NCBI RefSeq assembly: GCF_006345805.1
Contig: NC_043009.1
Span: 64,604,001 to 64,668,000 of the forward strand
Length of the DNA: 64,000 nucleotides
Reading direction: 5' to 3'
Origin: Octopus sinensis
Taxonomy: Eukaryota
Below are positions 37,395 through 49,890 of this stretch, piece by piece. Positions within the stretch are counted from its first letter, which is position 1, and every line of letters starts with the position of its first letter. The translations under genes were made by a program, and so were the position numbers. The notes under the pieces were generated by a model. That model searched no databases. It had not been told where the DNA came from and saw only the letters and a list, made by a program, of their open reading frames with translations.

Positions 37395-38338
37395 ATATCA
37401 GGGCGGGCGTTGTCGTGCAGCAGAAGAACTCCATGCTGATGATTAGGTCTTTTCTCTTGAATAGCCGTGTTGAGTTGTTCCATCTGATGAACTTTGAGTT
37501 CCGCGTTGACCGTTTGGTTCCGTTTAAGCAATTCATAATGGATAACCCCTTCCCAGTCCCACCATACGCACAACATCGTTTTACGCAAATTAAGAGCTTG
37601 TTTCACGCGCGGTGTCGCTTGTTTACCGGGACTAAACCATTCCTTACGCTGCTTCATATTGATGTACAGGCACCATTCTTCGTCGCCAGTAACGATTCGG
37701 TAAAGAAATCATTGCTTGTGTCCATGAGTTGAACGGTGACGAGCAAGCAAACCAGCGGAAAGTGTGGCCCGTTGATTTTTGTTGTTGTCACTTAAAGCAT
37801 GCCGAACCCATACTCCATACTTCTGAACCTTTCCCATCGAGTGAAGATGCTTCTCTATAGCAGTGTGGGAGCATTCCATTTTCTCTGCCAGTTTCTTTGT
37901 CGTTTGACGAGAATTTTCGTGCAAAAGCTGGTTTAATCGCTCTTCATTGAACTCAACTGAACGGCCAGAACAAGGTGCGTCTTTGAGGTCAAAATTTCCA
38001 TTTTTTTAACTTGGTATACCAATCACGAGCGGTTCTTTCAGCTATGGCACCCTCTCCATACATAGCACAGATGTCGCGAGCAATTTTTGCAGCCTTAGAA
38101 CCTTGATTAAAAGCAAAAAGAAGGAGGTATCGAAAATGCTCATTTTCCTTAACTTGACATTCCATTTTAATGTTCTGAAAATAAACAAAAATTAACTAAA
38201 ATTAACTAGCAAAAAAAAAAAAAATACAAAATAGATTCCAAAATGATTCAAAAATAGAATTCTCGAAAACAATAGATTCCAAAATTTAAAAACGCAATAA
38301 ATTCCAAAATCTAAAAAACTTAGTTGCCAACCCAATAG
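37395..38338 (-). pseudogene. Mariner transposon, 3'-truncated transposase pseudogene
   Basis: ITR TATTGGGTTGGCAACTAAGT (38319-38338); ATG at 38165; WVRHAL, IVTGDE and LLHDNARP motifs; in-frame stop; ends at a SINE B tail (37315-37394). Confidence 0.92.
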
Positions 38339-38754
38339 ATCCCATACTACAATAACAAAAAACAGACACAAACAATAACAACGAGATATATCGGCATTTA
38401 CAAGGAACACAAACTTTTCAAAAAGTAGCCAAACTCGTCAAAAATATGCATCAAATTTAAAAGAAATAACCGCCATCTTTAAACATCTTCTTTAGATTCC
38501 CAGACTAAATCATTACTTACGCTTATCGTTATTATGTAATTTGCAATTATAATTAATGTTTTTCTAGTTTCACGTGCAATATAAATACCGCCACAGTTTT
38601 TTTTTTAAATTTATTCATTAATGCTTTATTAAAAACGAATCAAAACAAATTCTTGGTCCAGAGACAAAAACCCCGACTCCGCCTTCTAATGCAAAGCAGC
38701 AATGATGAAGATGAAGAATTAAAATATTTTGAGAATTTAAATAAACATTGGTGC

Positions 38755-39320
<566 letters not shown>

Positions 39321-39377
39321 AATCATAGAAGTGTCTTTGAAAGGTCTGAAAACATTATATCTATCTATCTCACCGTG

Positions 39378-39452
<75 letters not shown>

Positions 39453-40044
39453 GCCTATTTACCGTATAGAAAAGTAGAAAGTAGAATGGGCTGGAGAGGC
39501 GTAGAAAGGTGGAATTAAAAAATTAGCCTGGCTTTACAGGAAAGAAATTAGTAAACAAAGGAAACATCAGGTTAGAAGCAAATACTTAATTAAGAAGCAA
39601 CTCAAAAATCCCACATATAGCGTGATAAATAAATAGATAATTAATCGGCAGTGCAATTAAAAGAGAGATGACACAGATAGATAGAGCTACAGCAACGGAG
39701 CCTCCGTAAGACCGGCTTTATTAAAACATACTAATGGTAAATAATTAGGTTTAGTGTGAAAAGATGTCAGTCACTAAAATCAGAGGTTAAACACGTCATC
39801 AAGAGGGGCTTTATGTTGGCGCTTAATCTGCTAAAAATCAGCTTTCTACGAGGGTGGGCTGAAAAGCTCATTGGCCGAGTGTGAAAAAGTGATGGAGCTG
39901 GGAAATCTTGCATGCATTAGTCTAAAGTCTTCGTAAGTTTCTTTCAAATTACTTCAAAAAGAAATGGAACTAATTAGAGAAGAATCATGTGAACTTCTGA
40001 AAGCATCAGCTGTTCTTGGCAGGAGTTCTTTACTGACTACTATT

Positions 40045-40485
40045 GTTTGTCTTTTACTTGATTTTGTCACTGGACTGTGGCCATGCTGGGGCACCGCCTT
40101 GAAGGGTTTAGTCGAACAAATTGACCCCAGTAGTTACTATCTTTCTAAGTCTCGTACTTATTCTATTATTTTTTTTCTATTGCCGAACCGCTAAGTTACG
40201 GGGACGTAAACATACCAACGCTGGGGGAGGGGACACAAAAAGTAGAAAGGTAGACGCGCGTACACACACACACACACACATACACACACACATACACGCA
40301 CACATACACACACACGCGCGCGCGCCCTGCAGGTTTCTTCCAGTTTCCGCCCACCAAATCAATTCACAAGATTTTGGTCGGCTCGTGCCTATAATCAGAG
40401 ACACCCACAGCGCCACGCCGTGGGACTGAACCCGAAATCACGTGGTTCAGAAGCAAGTTTTGTTTTTTATCACACAGCCACGCCA
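40045..40485 (-). mobile_element. SINE family B, near full length, degenerate
   Basis: Reverse complement of the family B tail, CA tract, body and head. Confidence 0.8.
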
Positions 40486-40514
40486 AGGTAGCCAATACTA
40501 TCGGTGTAAACTTT

Positions 40515-40905
40515 GTCCTGCGAGGAGAGAAGAGAGGAGACACAAAGAAGGAAGAGAGCTAGAGACCAAGACATGGTGGAGGATTGCTGCAAGAATGTCT
40601 GGAGTACAAAGTATTTGTTAGTGGAAGATGGCAGCTGAGGGTTTGAATAAAGACTAAGGATCTGAGCGCATTAGAGAAATGGGCAGAAGAGCCATCAAGC
40701 AGAACGTTGAGGCTGCTGAGAAAGCGTCTGGATGGTTCTGACTGAAAAGAGGTAACCAGTGGGGTCAGGAGAATGCATTGTGGAGACAGGCCTCGGCTTG
40801 ATTAACCTTAGTTGGGTCTTCAGGATGGGGGTGCATGCTGTAAGATCTGAAACGCTCAGTGTACCTAAGAAACAACATTGATGGTGTGTCCAATTGCAAC
40901 ATCTT
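40515..40905 (+). mobile_element. Decayed 3' end of an RLE non-LTR element (HERO-like)
   Basis: KKRARDQDMVEDCCKNVW...RRAIKQNVEAAEKASGWF*LKR resembles HERO C-termini (from recall). Confidence 0.6.
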
Positions 40906-40987
40906 CGGATGTTTTTTGGCCGATAAAATTTTGGTCAGTAGTAATTCTTGTTAATGCTGGTGATTAATTATTAATGATGTTGATTAA

Positions 40988-41215
40988 TGTTATATTTCGG
41001 AATGGTCATATTGCCAGTTTAGCCAATAAAAACACACGCACTATATATTTGGTGTTATTTTGCTTCAGTGTTATTTATTTTTACATTAATCTTAATCTTA
41101 TAACACCAAATATATAGTGCGTGTGTTTTTATTGGCTAAACTGGCAATGTGACCATTCCGAAATATAACAATATCTGTTTCAACACACGACTTCACATAA
41201 AAAATCTTGCACAAC
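40988..41215. repeat. 70-bp inverted repeat (40988-41057 / 41101-41170) from the same family as 46690-46900
   Basis: Arms match with one mismatch seen; left arm plus spacer is collinear with about 46738-46851. Confidence 0.92.
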
Positions 41216-41323
41216 AGATGTTGATTAAGAAAATAGGAAAATACGACAAAATACTAAAGTATATTAGGATGTAAAAATTTATCTGAATTATGTATTCAAA
41301 TGACATGGGAAAAAAAAGCAAAG

Positions 41324-41478
41324 TAGCGGCTGTGTGGTAAATAACTTGCTTATCAACCACATGGTTCCGGGTTCAGTCTCACTGCGTGGCACATTGGGCA
41401 AGTGTCTTCTACTATAAACTCGGACCTACCAAAGCCTTGTGAGTGGATTTGGTAGAGGAAACTGAAAGAAGCTCCTCA

Positions 41479-41537
<59 letters not shown>

Positions 41538-41780
41538 TATACATACATATATATGTGTGTGTATGTATATGTTTTTGTGTGTATGTGTTTGTCCTCCCAT
41601 CATCGCTTGACACTCGATGCTGGTGTGTTTACGTCCCCGTAACTTAGCGGTTCGGCAAAAGCGGCCGATAGAATAAGTACTAGGCTAACAAAGAATAAGT
41701 GCTAGGGTCGTTTTGTTCGACTAAAGGCGGTGCTCCAGCGTGGCCGCAGTCAAATGACTGAAACAAAAGAAAAAAGAATA
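41324..41780 (+). mobile_element. Full-length SINE family B
   Basis: Collinear with 22537-22930. Confidence 0.9.
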
Positions 41781-41884
41781 AATAAAAAAAATCAATAAAT
41801 GTGCAGATATGTTTTTTTTTTTCAGACTGTGCTTATACTTTCAGCACCGAACAACATTCTCCGAGTAAAAACAGTCCCTCCCAG

Positions 41885-43250
41885 CTAACCTATTTGTGCT
41901 TCAACAATTGAATGAGACTTATTGATTGTCATTACAAAAGCTGCTCGAAATAAAAGCTGTATTTGCATAAGGGTGAATGACCGAGTGGAGTCAGAATGGC
42001 CTAATTTAGTTCTTGGCACAATGACAACCTCTTCATAATACTCACTGTCTGAAACAATATTACCTTCAATCATGCGTTCATGTAAATGGCTTATTTCAAT
42101 TAATATTTCTTTACAAACTTCATTAGCCTTTTTTTTTCAATTACACCATAGCATAACACCATATTCTTTGCTTAATGTTAAAATACTGGGGTAGAGGGCC
42201 GCTTCCCTTATTTAGACTGTCCATGTTTTGAGGCTCCCTTTGAATGAGTTTCCACGATTTGGGGCATTTGATAGACGATATGTAGTTATATATTACCATT
42301 TTGATTTGTTTAATGTTCTATCAGCGTGTCACAAACCGAACTTGAGTGTCACAGTAAGATCTCAGGCTGTCATCTTCTCGAATATACAATCACCATTCCA
42401 TCATTAGTTCTTTCTATCCTATTTGTTCGAAATACAACATGCTTCGGTATCTGTATCTTAGCATCTGCCATATCAATGGTCAAACGTGTTTCGGCCAGTG
42501 AAATGCGTATTGTTTGATTACATGTAACTAAATCTCTCAGGTATGGGATTTTATGCTGGTGGAATATTACAAGACACCCTGGCATTCATCAGGAACATTG
42601 GTGTAACTTATGGAGTAGGTGGATGTCAGTAGTCATCGCTGGTCTGACATATGTGGAGACGTCAGAGACGGCTACTCAGGATCTTTCGCTATTTGTGGTG
42701 GTCTTGAGTGCTGGAATGCGCTTCACTGACTCAGTGATTGATGCAGCCAGGTCAGCTGCCTTATAATTCTCGGTGTCATGTCCGAAAAAAGAGCGGATTT
42801 CGGCTGCTACTGTCCATGCTATGTCTAGATGTTACTTTTACTGGAGAGCAGTGCATGTTACATCTGCATATTTACAAGATGGAGGCTGTGTGTGTGTGTT
42901 ATTACTTGGTCTTGTTCTCTTGGTGATCCTGACGGAAGTTTTGGTTCCATCGGGGACAGTTCTCCGTGGCTTTGAGATGAGCAAAACAAGAACCGCTCAA
43001 CATGGATACAGAACGAGCAAATCAGCAGCTTATCCCTATACGAGCGTCCCTGTGCCAACAGGTCCTGTTAACATAGAACATGCAGGGCTTTTCCTCTAGG
43101 GCTTTTGTTTCTGAGAGTTTGTTGTGGTGAAATCCCGACACCCCTGTGGGATAGCAAGTCAGCTGTCCTAAACCGCATGAAGGCGCATGCGCTCTGTCAG
43201 TGAAGGGCAGTGTGGTGTGTGCAGGCGATTTGTGAAGACAGTCGTAGAAG
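41885..43250 (-). pseudogene. Heavily decayed LINE (APE endonuclease region and probable ORF1 remnant; CR1/L2-like)
   Basis: KIPYLRDLV...ISLAETRL...IQIPKHVVFRTNRIERTNDGMVIVY fits the APE pattern ETWL..I..Y..FR.DR..R.GGGV.IY; boundaries approximate. Confidence 0.65.
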
Positions 43251-44252
43251 TCGTTGAGAAGAGATATTGTTTGTTAACATGTTGTTTCTGATTTATATTT
43301 GTATTGTTATAACCTTCTTATAAGTCCACGTTGTAAAGTGGCACATATAGCGTGAGTTCAAAGGACACAACAGTGTCGACGAGACGCAACAGAGTTCTAC
43401 TTTTTTTTTGACTCTGCGCTAAACTTGGACCAATGACCATCCTCATCTTGCTCTCTTGTTTGTGTCTCCATCTTTGGCTGCTTCTGCTTTTTCCTGATGG
43501 ATATTTGTTTTGCTGCTGCTGTTGTTCTCTTTGGACTGACATTTGTCCAAAGCGTCGTAATACTCTTTATATTATACATTGTGTCGTAATACATTTTAGC
43601 CTTTTAACTTCATATGCCCGAAGAGAATGGGTCGATCAAACATTCCATTTTTATTAAATCATTTAACCCACTATTTATTTTAAAGTTTTAACCTTGTGAT
43701 TCTATTAACTCCGATGAGAGAAATATAGAGTATTTCTATGGTTGGAGTTAGCTCGCCTATAGCAACCTATATCTGTTCGAAACGGACGTAATACTTTATA
43801 CAAATACTTTATACATGTTCCAGACTCCTTATGAATCATTTTACATCCGCTTTAACATCCTCTTCATTGATTCAAATTTGAACATTCCGATTTGGCAAGT
43901 ACACTTATGGACTTATGTCTTTATATATTTATATTTATGAATTTTTATGTGTTTATAAATTTTTATGTGCATGAATTTTTGTATATTTATAAATTTGCGT
44001 GTATATGTATGTATTTGTAAATTCTTAGAAATTTTTATATATCATCTAGATGAATATATCAATGTATGTACTTTGTATACCATGAAGAATTTCGTTGATA
44101 TGGATTGAATGACTATATACATCGACCTTTGAATTTGTTTTCTCTCCTCCTTAACATATATATATATATATATATATAGATATATATGTATGTATATGTA
44201 TATACATACATCATAGATATATAGATATATATATATATATATATATAATAAG

Positions 44253-44284
<32 letters not shown>

Positions 44285-44324
44285 CATACATATACATATA
44301 CGATGCGTTGTGTGTTGTTTGGTT

Positions 44325-44532
44325 GTGTCTGTGTTTGTCCCCCCCAACATCGCTTGACAACCGATGGTGGTGTGTTCACGTCTCCGTAACATAGCGGTTC
44401 GGCAAAAGAAACCGATAGAATAAGTACTAGCCTTACAAAGAATGAGTCCTGGGGGCGATTTGCTCGACTAAAGGCGGTGTTCCAGCATGGCCGCAGTCAA
44501 ATGACTGAAACAAATAAAAGAATAAAAAAGTA
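44325..44532 (+). mobile_element. SINE family B, 3' half
   Basis: Near-identical to 41585-41780. Confidence 0.88.
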
Positions 44533-44770
44533 AATGGCCGCGGCCTTCGGGCTAAAACATTTTTAAATTTAAGGAATTATAAGATATATATATTATATAT
44601 ATATATATATAACTAATGTAGGATAAAATTTTTTCGAGAAAAATTTTATCAATGGCCAGCATATCAAAAAATACCTTTAAAGTTTAAATTATAATATTTT
44701 TGCACAAATAATATTTTGTAAATTATTTATTATATATATATAATATATATATATATATAATATATATATA

Positions 44771-44815
<45 letters not shown>

Positions 44816-45029
44816 GTTTCCAAAATTCGTAAATTGAATTTTTACTCGCCAAGTACTAACAAAAAGAACAAAAATTATTCCTCAAAATAAAGACCATTAT
44901 TTTCCAAGACTTTCTACGAACTTTTGGGGCAACCTTATATATACACACACACACACACGTATTCACATCCATTTACACACACATATCATGTATATACGTA
45001 CTCATGTGTGTACGTGTGTGTGTGTGTAC

Positions 45030-45116
<87 letters not shown>

Positions 45117-45354
45117 AGTGCATGTTATCAGATAGCTGATAATTTATCTTGCATGAGTTATTCTTACCTAAAAACAGTTTTGCATTGTTGGCACCAATTT
45201 CCGCGACTTTAGAGTCGAGTTACTGCTGTTGTAGCAATTATTGACTCGTCTACATGCATATCAATGTAACAAGAAATATGTACCCGCACAATCTCAGATA
45301 TATACATATATACATACGCATGTGTGTATGTATGCATGCATGTATCTGTCTATC

Positions 45355-45401
<47 letters not shown>

Positions 45402-45464
45402 GCAAACATTTGTATTATATACAGGATATAGATATATATATATTAATATATATAAGTATATAAT

Positions 45465-45516
<52 letters not shown>

Positions 45517-46269
45517 GTACGCACCTATACATATATGCACACACAAACACTCGTACGTTAGTTTTGAGGAATGGAAGAAAAGCAGACGATACCATAGGAT
45601 TATAATAACGTACTTCCGCTGATTCAGTTCCCTGTTACCCAGAGTTTCCCCGTCGTTTCGCTGGTTCGTCGGACAGACTAAATTTGATGACAAAACCAGA
45701 CTACTTCCCGTAACCTTAGATGAATGACAGTATACGAATGGTTGAACGATTTGACGCTCAGTATAAGAGGGCGTATAATTGGTACCTAACTTGTGGCCAT
45801 TGTAAGACATCCTATCTTATCTCCCTTGTTAGTTCATTTCACGATACTAATTAAAGACACGTCACAGTTCACTGCTTCATTTTCCCAACACTACAGTTTC
45901 CCCGCATCGTATTTACAACGCTACAAACTTGTAGCATTTCTAATTTCTAAGAACTGACTTGATAATATCACTCCACGAATTATTCAACCAGCACCCTCTC
46001 TAGCTTTTACCACCACTGTCTCTTTCTTCTCCACCCCCACCACCGCTAACTTATGATTAAAGCCCTGTGCGTTCTATGATGCCAGTAGATGGCCAGTCAT
46101 TCGTGTACTTCCGTTCATCTTCCATAGCGAGAAGCAGTCTCGACCATCGGAAATATGTATAAACAAATAAGAATTACGACGGGAAATTCAACACAGGGAT
46201 GTTTTATGCTTAAAAACACAGTTGAGCTAACATATGTAATGTAGTGAAGTATGAGTCCCCATCTCTCTC

Positions 46270-46302
<33 letters not shown>

Positions 46303-46506
46303 TGTATATATATATATATATATATAATAGATACATTTCCCATGAATACACACACACCTCAGCGCCCAATAATACTATATTTGTTCCACGTCCTCGCGTT
46401 GTGTTTTTCATGTTTGGATTAACATATATATATATATATATATTGTATGTATGTATGTATGTTGTATGTATATATATATAATATGTGACAATTATTCAGT
46501 AGCCAA

Positions 46507-46567
46507 GATAAAACTCTGAGGTTCGGATGCCGAGGTGGAAATCCACGCCACCATCTCTTCAGTTATC
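46507..46567 (-). ncRNA. Type I hammerhead motif with A15.1>C change
   Basis: Minus strand GATAA-CTGAAGA-GATG...CATC-C-GAAC-CTC-A-GAG-TT-TTATC. Confidence 0.55.
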
Positions 46568-46645
46568 CGGCCATCGGAAAAATTTCCTCTAGTTACAAAA
46601 TATCGAGATCTCTTTCTTTCTTTTGTTATCTTACCGTTTTTACCA

Positions 46646-46679
<34 letters not shown>

Positions 46680-46855
46680 CGTTTATATATTTGTTTTGCA
46701 AGATTTTTGATGCGAAATCGTGTGTTGAAACAGATATTGTTGTATTTAAGAATAGTCATTTTGCCAGTTTAGCCAATAAAAATACACGCACTATATATTT
46801 GGTGTTAATTTGCTTCAGCGTTATTTATTTTTTACATTAATCTTAATCTTATTTC

Positions 46856-46900
46856 GGCCAGAATTCTTTCGTCACAATCCTGTGACCTCATCAGTGGTCC
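46856..46900 (-). ncRNA. Type I hammerhead ribozyme, intact core
   Basis: Minus strand GGACCA-CTGATGA-G-GTCACA-GGAT-TGTGAC-GAAA-GAA-TTC-TGGCC; 6-bp stem II, minimal stem III, UUC triplet. Confidence 0.72.
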
Positions 46901-47159
46901 TTTGCTTTCTTCTTTCTTATTTGTGTGTCTCTCTTTACTAACGGTCAGCCATTTTGTATTTTGTATTCCTATTGTATGTGTCTTCATTTGCGCATGCGTA
47001 TGCCTCTATGTGTGTCTATGTTTAGTTAGTGTGTGTGTGTGGGGGAGTGCCTGTAATATTTGTATCTCCTGTGTGTGTAAGTATGTATGTATGTGATTAT
47101 TCAGTTTCATTTCAAGATTTCTTGTCAATAAAGAGATCGTGAAATAAAACTGACTAATG

Positions 47160-47258
47160 ACATACATACATACATACCAACCTACATACATACATACATA
47201 CATACACACTAGCATACATACATACATACATACATACATGCATACATACATACATACA

Positions 47259-47292
<34 letters not shown>

Positions 47293-47366
47293 CATGCATA
47301 CATACATACATACACACTAGCATACATACATACATACATACATGCATACATACATACATACATACA

Positions 47367-47399
<33 letters not shown>

Positions 47400-47616
47400 T
47401 GTCAGATCTCTCATCCGGCATCCAGAAATCTGGTATTTTAAAAAATCCAGATATACTGTGCAATATCGAAGCATTATATACATAAATGTATGTATGTATG
47501 TATGTATGTATGTATGTATGTATGTATGTATGTATCCATGCATGCATGCATGTATGTATGTATGTATGTATGTATGTATGTATGTATGTATGTATGTATG
47601 TATGTGTATGTATGTA
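47160..47616. repeat. (TACA)n followed by inverted (TATG)n
   Basis: Direct reading; unique spacer of about 90 bp. Confidence 0.95.
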
Positions 47617-48557
47617 TTGCATACGAGTGATTGAACAAGCGAAGGTAAGTGGCACTCAACAAATTTGTTACATATATATTTTTAGTGTAGCCACATATAT
47701 TTAATATCACTTTGACTCATCTTCATATAACTTCAAGCTACATGGGCGCGCAGGACACGTCCATTTCATCAAATATTATAAGAAAAATGAGCGACTTGGG
47801 ACAATTTCAAGATAGCTTCTAGGTGTTAGGCGCTATTGATCAACTCCGGTCTCGTGCTATTAATGCTGTGAAAGCGACACCAGTTATTTTCTTTATTCTA
47901 AGGTCCGTCCGTGTGCTCGGACAGGATGTTGGCAGGAAGCAGTCTCCTTCACTTTAGCAGCAGGCTGCAGTATTGTATGCTCAGCGACATCAGTTTCTTG
48001 TAGTGAGTACCGCAAGAGTTCTTTTACGTGGAATAAACCAAATTTTGAAACTGAGTTTGGATAATCAACATGAATGGACTGTAGACGGGCGGCCGGGATT
48101 AAATACCCTGACCTTGTGTATAGGACAGCTTGGCTAGGGTGATATATCGGGCACTCCATCTGATGTTGGTGAAATCACTCCGAAGGTCGCGGAACCTCTA
48201 GATGAAGCAGACAGAGTGGTGGTACAAATTTCCCATAGCACTGCACCTGAAGGAGTGTATGTTCTGTATATACCTTCGCTTTAAATTATCGGCCGTTATG
48301 CTCGTGTAAGACATTGATGTCTAAATGTAAAACATTATAAAGATCTTAGAGAAGACTTTTCTTTTCACATTTCTCTCGCTGATACATCTTAGAAAGAAGA
48401 TGTGTCAGCGAAATCCTGGTACATCGCTCTCTCACTCCAACTATCACACTAGGAATGTACCGCTGGGTGAAAGGGTGTTTCCGTTTGTTCACAGCTATGT
48501 AGGCGACTAAAACAAATAGCAATAAAGGTACATGTTTCTATACACACACACACACAG

Positions 48558-48594
<37 letters not shown>

Positions 48595-48615
48595 CATATA
48601 TATACATATATATAC

Positions 48616-48654
<39 letters not shown>

Positions 48655-48827
48655 GATAGATAGATATATACGTCTATATACATACATTTGTATGTACATA
48701 TATATAAACACATATACATACATATATATGCATGTACATTCATATGCATATAGAAATACATACTCATACAGGCATACATGCATACATACATACAAAAATA
48801 ACATATATAATATATATGTTATATATG

Positions 48828-48858
<31 letters not shown>

Positions 48859-48925
48859 AATATGCTATATATATATGACACCATATATATGTATATGTAT
48901 ATTATACACGCACACACAATTTTTC

Positions 48926-49528
48926 CAGATTTTAATATGCTAGACCACTAGTTTTAAATTGATATTAAATTAATATTCAGTTTTTCACCCTTATTAATTT
49001 TAATTTTAATTTAAATAATTATGTTCTCTAAACGGCAAAATTCACTGCAGTGAATTATTTTCTGCAGAATTATTTCGGTATTTTGGCGCACCAAAACGAA
49101 GACTTTTGAAAGATAACCCCAAATGTAATTGGTAGAAATGTATACATGTTCAAACTCATGCGGACGTTTCGTGTATAGTTCTTCAAATTATATTTCCAAT
49201 GACGATCATACTGATGAGCTACAGACAATTACGTAAGTAATTTGAGTAAGTGTTAATAGCGAAACTAGTTTATGATTAATCTATATTTTTGTTTCTTCTC
49301 ATTTGTCTTGCTCGCTTACGTTCTGACGTTTGCTAAATTTTCTTGAGAACATTCCTTTCTTAGTGGTAAGACCATAGCGGATATACTTCTAGCATAATGG
49401 ATGTCTACGTAGTGGTCATCCTTCTTATATGTATTTAATATAATTTTTGTGAATCTTCAGATTATAATACTCTAGACCACTGATTCTAAATTGATATTAA
49501 TCAAATTAATATTCAATTTTTCACCCTT
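48926..49528 (+). mobile_element. Element of about 600 bp with terminal direct repeats and a central hammerhead
   Basis: CAGATT.TAATA..CTAGACCACT...TTTTTCACCCTT at 48926-48992 and 49458-49528 (period 532 bp); TA-rich microsatellite flanks. Confidence 0.7.
49205..49276 (+). ncRNA. Type I hammerhead ribozyme, intact core
   Basis: Stem I ATCATA/TATGAT; CTGATGA 49211-49217; stem II GCTA/TAGC; GAAAC 49261-49265; palindromic stem III ACTAGT; GTT triplet 49268-49270. Confidence 0.82.
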
Positions 49529-49558
49529 TTTATTTAAAATTTATATATACATAATTAC

Positions 49559-49594
<36 letters not shown>

Positions 49595-49849
49595 AAAATT
49601 ATTCCTACATAATTTGATGTTTCACATGCATTTTATACGCTTGTGGTCTTTCAGAGGCCTTCATGTTTTATGGGTATGCGCATGCATGTGTGTATATATA
49701 TACATGCACATACACACACATACATACATACACACATGTATATATATATATATATTGCATATTTATATATATGTATACGCAGATATATATGTATGTGTTT
49801 ATAAACACATCCACATATATATACATACATACGTACATACATACATACA

Positions 49850-49890
<41 letters not shown>

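Noticed and set aside
47893-48159. 88-aa non-repetitive ORF as a host exon
   Set aside because: No recognisable domain or splice support; possibly old LINE debris, as with 25500-25900 and 51480-51850
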